Source: a virus
Taxonomy: Duplodnaviria; Heunggongvirae; Uroviricota; Caudoviricetes
Virus record (IMG/VR): IMGVR_UViG_2690316148_000008
DNA length: 8,412 nucleotides
Direction: 5' to 3' (one strand)
Position numbers and translations under genes: made by a program
Shown: piece by piece, positions 5,307-8,412 of the stretch
How the letters are laid out: each line of letters begins with the position of its first letter
Numbering within the stretch: position 1 is the first letter of the stretch
The notes under the pieces: model-generated
The model's database searches: none
Seen by the model: only the letters and a program-made list of their open reading frames with translations
What the model was told of the DNA's origin: nothing

Positions 5307-6365
5307 TTATGCTTTCCACTTCAGAACACCCGAATTTCTCGCGTGCATTAAAAAACGAATCAGCAACAACAGCTGACTGCCGTGTTTCTCTTCAAAATCT
5401 TTTACTCCGGCATGTAGTTCGTTACGGCATTTACGGCATAACGGAATAACAAACAAATCATCAGCCTTTGTTCCCATCCCTCCCAGTCCATGACCAATGA
5501 TGTGATGCGGATCATCTGCCTGATTGCCACACGTCATGCATTTCTGCGTTTTTACCCAGCGCGTGTATACAGGCATCTCTTCCCGTTGTGATTTCTGGCG
5601 CTGGAGATACTGAGCCGGTGACTCCGGATCAACGGCAATGCTGACCACCGTCTTTTCCTGTGGTGGGTTCTGTTGCTGGTGGACGTGAGGCAGTAACGCA
5701 ATATTTTTTGTGCGCTGCTTCAGTATGCTGGTGGCTGTCTGCTCTCCCGGTATGATGTCGCTTTCACTGTACACAGAGCGAATTTTTTCCGCACGCAACC
5801 CCAGCGAACGACGTAATACCGCTTCCGGTAGCGCGTCCGCCACCTGATTGCGGACCGCCCACCAGGATAATTCAGCCAGAGATAATTCACGCTCCTGCGT
5901 ACCGCTTATTGCGTGACCGATGACGTCAATCATCCATGCTGACAGGTTTTGATGAGCAAGTTGCTCGAGTGATTCGGATGTCTGGTCACGCAGCTGGTTG
6001 TCGCAGTGCCAGCACAACACCATTGCGCCGGTACCATAACGGTGAATGACGGTTTCGCTGTGATGATAATCGCCGTGTGGCCACTGGCAGGATTTAATAT
6101 GGCGCAACAGCCAGTCAGACAATGCACCAGCACCACCAGCAGCACGAATCACCCGTGCGTTACTGAAAAACGGCAGCAATGTTTTGTCTTCCACCAGCGG
6201 CTGGCGAGCGGCAGGAACGACCCCGGACGGCAGATTACGCATGCTTTTTGGTTCCGGCTCCACCAGTATTCTGCCGTTATGGAATGCTGACATTGATTCA
6301 CGGCCTGGCTTAACGATAACCAGACCGAGTTCCGGTACCAGAACAGGTCGAAGTAATACCCGCAC
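5307..6365 (-). CDS. DUF968-family prophage protein (YdfU-like) with a C-terminal HNH/zinc-finger-like motif
   Basis: 352-aa ORF; C-terminal CMTCGN...HHIIGHGLGG...CRKCRNELH (CxxC...HH...CxxC...H); sits immediately upstream of rusA, the position I recall for ydfU-like genes in lambdoid prophages. Confidence 0.7.
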   Translation of the reverse strand: MRVLLRPVLVPELGLVIVKPGRESMSAFHNGRILVEPEPKSMRNLPSGVVPAARQPLVEDKTLLPFFSNARVIRAAGGAGALSDWLLRHIKSCQWPHGDYHHSETVIHRYGTGAMVLCWHCDNQLRDQTSESLEQLAHQNLSAWMIDVIGHAISGTQERELSLAELSWWAVRNQVADALPEAVLRRSLGLRAEKIRSVYSESDIIPGEQTATSILKQRTKNIALLPHVHQQQNPPQEKTVVSIAVDPESPAQYLQRQKSQREEMPVYTRWVKTQKCMTCGNQADDPHHIIGHGLGGMGTKADDLFVIPLCRKCRNELHAGVKDFEEKHGSQLLLLIRFLMHARNSGVLKWKA

Positions 6366-6366
6366 A

Positions 6367-6645
6367 TTACCTCCAGATCCGTTGCTGGAATGTGCGGGAC
6401 GGACGCGTTGGCCGTTCGGAGTAAGGGAGCCTGACGGAGATTATCCAGTGACGGTAGTCGAGGCTAAGGGCTTTTTTAACCTCGCATCCGCGCCTGCGGT
6501 AACACTGAATGAGCCATTCGGCCTGTTCTTCAGTGCATGGGGGATGCTGGTACCAATCAGATTTAAATGCGTGAGAGCGCCGCCCGTGCCTGCTGGCAAA
6601 GACGGCTGAATTATCAGAATTGTGTAGTCTGGAATTTTGCGCCAT
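6367..6645 (-). CDS. Hypothetical small protein (92 aa)
   Basis: GGAG Shine-Dalgarno 7 nt upstream of the ATG; stop 1 nt before the DUF968 start. Amino-acid composition is unremarkable and no family is recognised. Confidence 0.45.
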   Translation of the reverse strand: MAQNSRLHNSDNSAVFASRHGRRSHAFKSDWYQHPPCTEEQAEWLIQCYRRRGCEVKKALSLDYRHWIISVRLPYSERPTRPSRTFQQRIWR

Positions 6646-6711
6646 CGGCTTTCTCCGGTGGCACAGTGTTACTCAACAGGGGTTCAGCCCTGCGCTGAAT
6701 TGTAGATGAAT

Positions 6712-6975
6712 TCACTCATCTTCAAAAGCAGAAAAACCAGCCTTAATCCCAGCTTCTTTCAGAGACGGCAACGATGTGACAAATTCATTTGCACGCGAAA
6801 TAAAACCATCCGTCACAAGCCCATCCACAAAATGAATTAACGCAGCTCCACTCTTCCTTTGTTGAGATTGCAAACATCTAATGCGGCAATGGCTGACAAT
6901 AGCGCCATTCTCAACGCGCACAGTATAGAGGCCATCTTCACTAAAAATTTCACGTAATTCTTCGATTTTCATCAA
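6712..6975 (-). CDS. Hypothetical small protein (87 aa)
   Basis: GGAAGGA Shine-Dalgarno 8 nt upstream; candidate promoter directly upstream; no family recognised. Confidence 0.5.
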   Translation of the reverse strand: MMKIEELREIFSEDGLYTVRVENGAIVSHCRIRCLQSQQRKSGAALIHFVDGLVTDGFISRANEFVTSLPSLKEAGIKAGFSAFEDE

Positions 6976-7053
6976 CAGAATCCTTCCAGATAAATAGCAC
7001 TCCCCTGTTCGGGGTCCATCCCTCTTCTCCCTGCGCGCTACTTAAGTGAGTCG

Positions 7054-7081
7054 ATTCTATCTGCGAAGGTGCGCGAATCAA
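7054..7081 (-). promoter_or_regulatory. Candidate sigma70 promoter for the 87-aa ORF (-35 TTGATT at 7076-7081, 16-nt spacer, -10 TAGAAT at 7054-7059)
   Basis: Hexamers read on the minus strand about 20 nt downstream of the hok terminator. Confidence 0.45.
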
Positions 7082-7100
7082 ATTCACCGGAAATAAACAA

Positions 7101-7122
7101 CAAAAAACCCGCCGAAGCGGGT
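7101..7122 (-). terminator. Rho-independent terminator of the hok transcript (stem cccgc/gcggg, loop, then UUUUUUGUUGUUUAUUU on the minus strand)
   Basis: Hairpin 7108-7121 and A-run 7102-7107 on plus; about 70-90 nt after the hok stop, matching the usual hok 3' UTR length. Confidence 0.65.
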
Positions 7123-7191
7123 TAAGTGTGGGTGCATTGAGGATGCCTGACCCATCAGAGGTGGCGAGGGATTTCTCCCCCGCCTGGTCTC

Positions 7192-7347
7192 TTACTCCTC
7201 AGGTTCGTAAGCTGTGAAGACAGCGACCTCCGTCTGGCCGGTTCGAATTCGTACCTCGCAGAGGTCTTTCCTCGTTACCAGTGCCGTCACTATGACGGTT
7301 AAACAGATGACGATCAGGGCGATTAACATCGCCTTTTGCTGCTTCAT
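7192..7347 (-). CDS. hokD: Hok/Gef-family membrane toxin (51 aa), HokD/RelF-like; the open frame extends in-frame upstream to an ATG at 7404 (70 aa), which may be a mok-like initiation region
   Basis: MKQQKAMLIALIVICLTVIVTALVTRKDLCEVRIRTGQTEVAVFTAYEPEE matches my recollection of E. coli HokD and the Hok consensus (CLT...TRK.LCE.R); AAGGAG SD 9 nt upstream of the ATG at 7347. Confidence 0.85.
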   Translation of the reverse strand: MKQQKAMLIALIVICLTVIVTALVTRKDLCEVRIRTGQTEVAVFTAYEPEE

Positions 7348-7516
7348 AGCCTGCTTCTCCTTGCCTTTCGGCACGTAAGAGGCTAACCTAGATTTGCCGT
7401 TCATAGATTGAGCCTCAGATTAATGTTAAGCGTCTTGCCGGACGCGTAATGTTAACTGGGGCTTTTCTCTATCTGCCTTTTGGTGTTCATGCCTGAGACA
7501 GATAGCCTCAAGCACC

Positions 7517-7551
7517 CGCTGCAATTCTACTTAACTCTCCTTTTCCCGCAA
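7517..7551 (-). promoter_or_regulatory. Candidate hok promoter (-35 TTGCGG at 7546-7551, 16-nt spacer, -10 TAGAAT at 7524-7529), predicted start near 7517 giving a ~170-nt leader
   Basis: Hexamers read on the minus strand; predicted 5' end coincides with a 12-nt element (7506-7517) complementary to the 3' UTR (7130-7142). Confidence 0.5.
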
Positions 7552-7638
7552 ACCGTTTTTATCCCCAGCGGCAAATCGAATACACCACCAGCGCCACCGC
7601 CATCGCAATTCCTACCGTTGTTAATGCTTCAGGCCAGG

Positions 7639-7983
7639 TCATCGTAAAATATCCTCCACGCTTATCAGTCCGTTCCGCTCCAGATAACTCATCGCCTTAT
7701 CCGGTAATTTGCAGTCTGGCTTCGCTTTCCTCAGTTGCCAGGTTAACTGCTTTACCAGCATGGTTAACTCATCGACCAGACGCTGATATCCCACTGGTTT
7801 GTATTCATGCAATTTACCGGCTGGCTCTGCTGCCAGCGATACCAGTGCGATTTCCAGAACAGCAATATCCATCTTATATGTGCGGATGATGTCATGGTCG
7901 ATTGTGCCCGGTATGCACAGTCTCTGTGCTTCAATAGTCTCCTCTGCGTGAGCTATTAACTGCTCTCTGGTAAAAGTCGTCAT
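7639..7983 (-). CDS. Hypothetical small phage protein (114 aa), translationally coupled to the upstream 55-aa ORF
   Basis: Start ATG overlaps the upstream stop (ATGA); N-terminus resembles the 85-aa ORF at 4767-5024 and its middle ([12 protein letters not shown]) resembles the 55-aa ORF ([11 protein letters not shown]). Confidence 0.55.
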   Translation of the reverse strand: MTTFTREQLIAHAEETIEAQRLCIPGTIDHDIIRTYKMDIAVLEIALVSLAAEPAGKLHEYKPVGYQRLVDELTMLVKQLTWQLRKAKPDCKLPDKAMSYLERNGLISVEDILR

Positions 7984-8147
7984 GCCGTAGCCCCTTCTTG
8001 ATATTTTTCAAACCAGAACACAACCGGCTCTGCTTCCAGCGATGCCAGCGCAATCCGTGCCAGTTCCATTTGTTCACCACGGGTAAGCCCGTTTTCAAGC
8101 GGGTTTTTAATGAACAATTCAATACGTTCTTTGGTAATAGTGGTCAT
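7980..8147 (-). CDS. Hypothetical small protein (55 aa), absent from the supplied ORF track because it is below the length cutoff
   Basis: Manual translation: [55 protein letters not shown]; strong GGAG Shine-Dalgarno 6 nt upstream; stop overlaps the start of the 114-aa ORF. Confidence 0.5.
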   Translation of the reverse strand: MTTITKERIELFIKNPLENGLTRGEQMELARIALASLEAEPVVFWFEKYQEGATA

Positions 8148-8157
8148 GTGTTACTCC

Positions 8158-8412
8158 TTAACCCGCAGTGCTTTCAACTGATGAGGGGAACAAAATCTTT
8201 TCATCAAACCCTGCATTCATATCATGAACAGCAACACACCAATCCATCGACNNNNNNNNNNNNNNNNNNNTCGACGAACGATTATCAAGAGCCTCCATGA
8301 TTTCATCCATGCGGCGTAGGTCATACAGGTAAATGCTTTTATCGCCAATGGTGTAAAAGCCAATTTTTTTCGGTGATGGATGAGGTGTACTGGCAATAGC
8401 GGACACTACCAT
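8158..8412 (-). CDS. Hypothetical protein (84 codons), start ATG at the window edge (may extend beyond); interrupted by a 19-N gap at 8252-8270
   Basis: Open frame MVVSAIASTPHPSPKKIGFYTIGDKSIYLYDLRRMDEIMEALDNRSS...; stop TAA at 8158-8160 overlaps the SD of the next ORF; the first 31 nt are repeated inverted at the left window edge. Confidence 0.4.
   Translation of the reverse strand: MVVSAIASTPHPSPKKIGFYTIGDKSIYLYDLRRMDEIMEALDNRSSXXXXXXXSMDWCVAVHDMNAGFDEKILFPSSVESTAG
8382..8412. repeat. Right arm of 31-bp terminal inverted repeat (partner 1-31)
   Basis: Exact reverse complement of bases 1-31. Confidence 0.9.

Noticed and set aside
4866-5319. ORFs 4866-5159, 4993-5319 and 5017-5205 spanning the N gap
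   Set aside because: Their open frames exist only because the 67 N are translated as X; not interpretable as genes.
5930-6609. ORFs 5930-6145 and 6149-6367 (minus) and 6006-6290 and 6184-6609 (plus)
   Set aside because: Alternate-frame or antisense ORFs inside the DUF968 gene and the 92-aa ORF, with no start signals; the DUF968 frame is the long one with the conserved Cys/His motif.
7348-7638. relB/relE antitoxin-toxin genes upstream of hok
   Set aside because: No ORFs resembling RelB or RelE are present; the region is a leader/promoter region and the upstream genes are the unrelated 55-aa and 114-aa ORFs.
7931-8300. ORF 7931-8122 (minus) and ORF 7998-8300 (plus)
   Set aside because: The former is an alternate frame overlapping the SD-supported 55-aa and 114-aa ORFs; the latter is antisense and runs through the N gap.
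1-8412. CRISPR array, integrase, attachment-site or IS-element signatures
   Set aside because: No regularly spaced direct repeats, no transposase or integrase-like ORF and no IS-type terminal inverted repeats with target duplications; the only terminal inverted repeat is the 31-mer at the window ends, read as a contig-end feature.

Overview
This 8.4-kb window reads as a segment of a lambdoid (lambda-like) enterobacterial prophage, with almost every gene on the minus strand (transcribed right to left). In that order it carries: a partial ORF at the right edge; a translationally coupled pair of small ORFs (55 and 114 aa); a complete hok-family toxin locus with its own promoter, 5'/3' long-range complementarity and terminator; two small ORFs; a DUF968/HNH-like protein; rusA (one intact copy plus a 5' fragment cut by a 67-N gap); a lambda-Q-type antiterminator present as two diverged, overlapping copies joined at a single N; a pR'-like late promoter with a lambda-type pause element and a terminator just downstream; a small HTH ORF; an orphan beta-class DNA methyltransferase; and three tRNAs (Ile-CAU, Arg-UCG, Arg-UCU). 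Where Stx phages carry stxAB downstream of these tRNAs, this window instead has a ~650-bp AT-rich island with a 111-aa Cys-containing ORF on the opposite strand. Three N runs and a 31-bp inverted repeat at the two window ends suggest a scaffolded draft contig, so the Q and rusA duplications are more likely assembly joins of paralogous prophage alleles than real tandem duplications. Chi octamers (GCTGGTGG) look strongly enriched, including two palindromic double-Chi structures. All calls come from reading the sequence and from recalled family knowledge; no database search was run.
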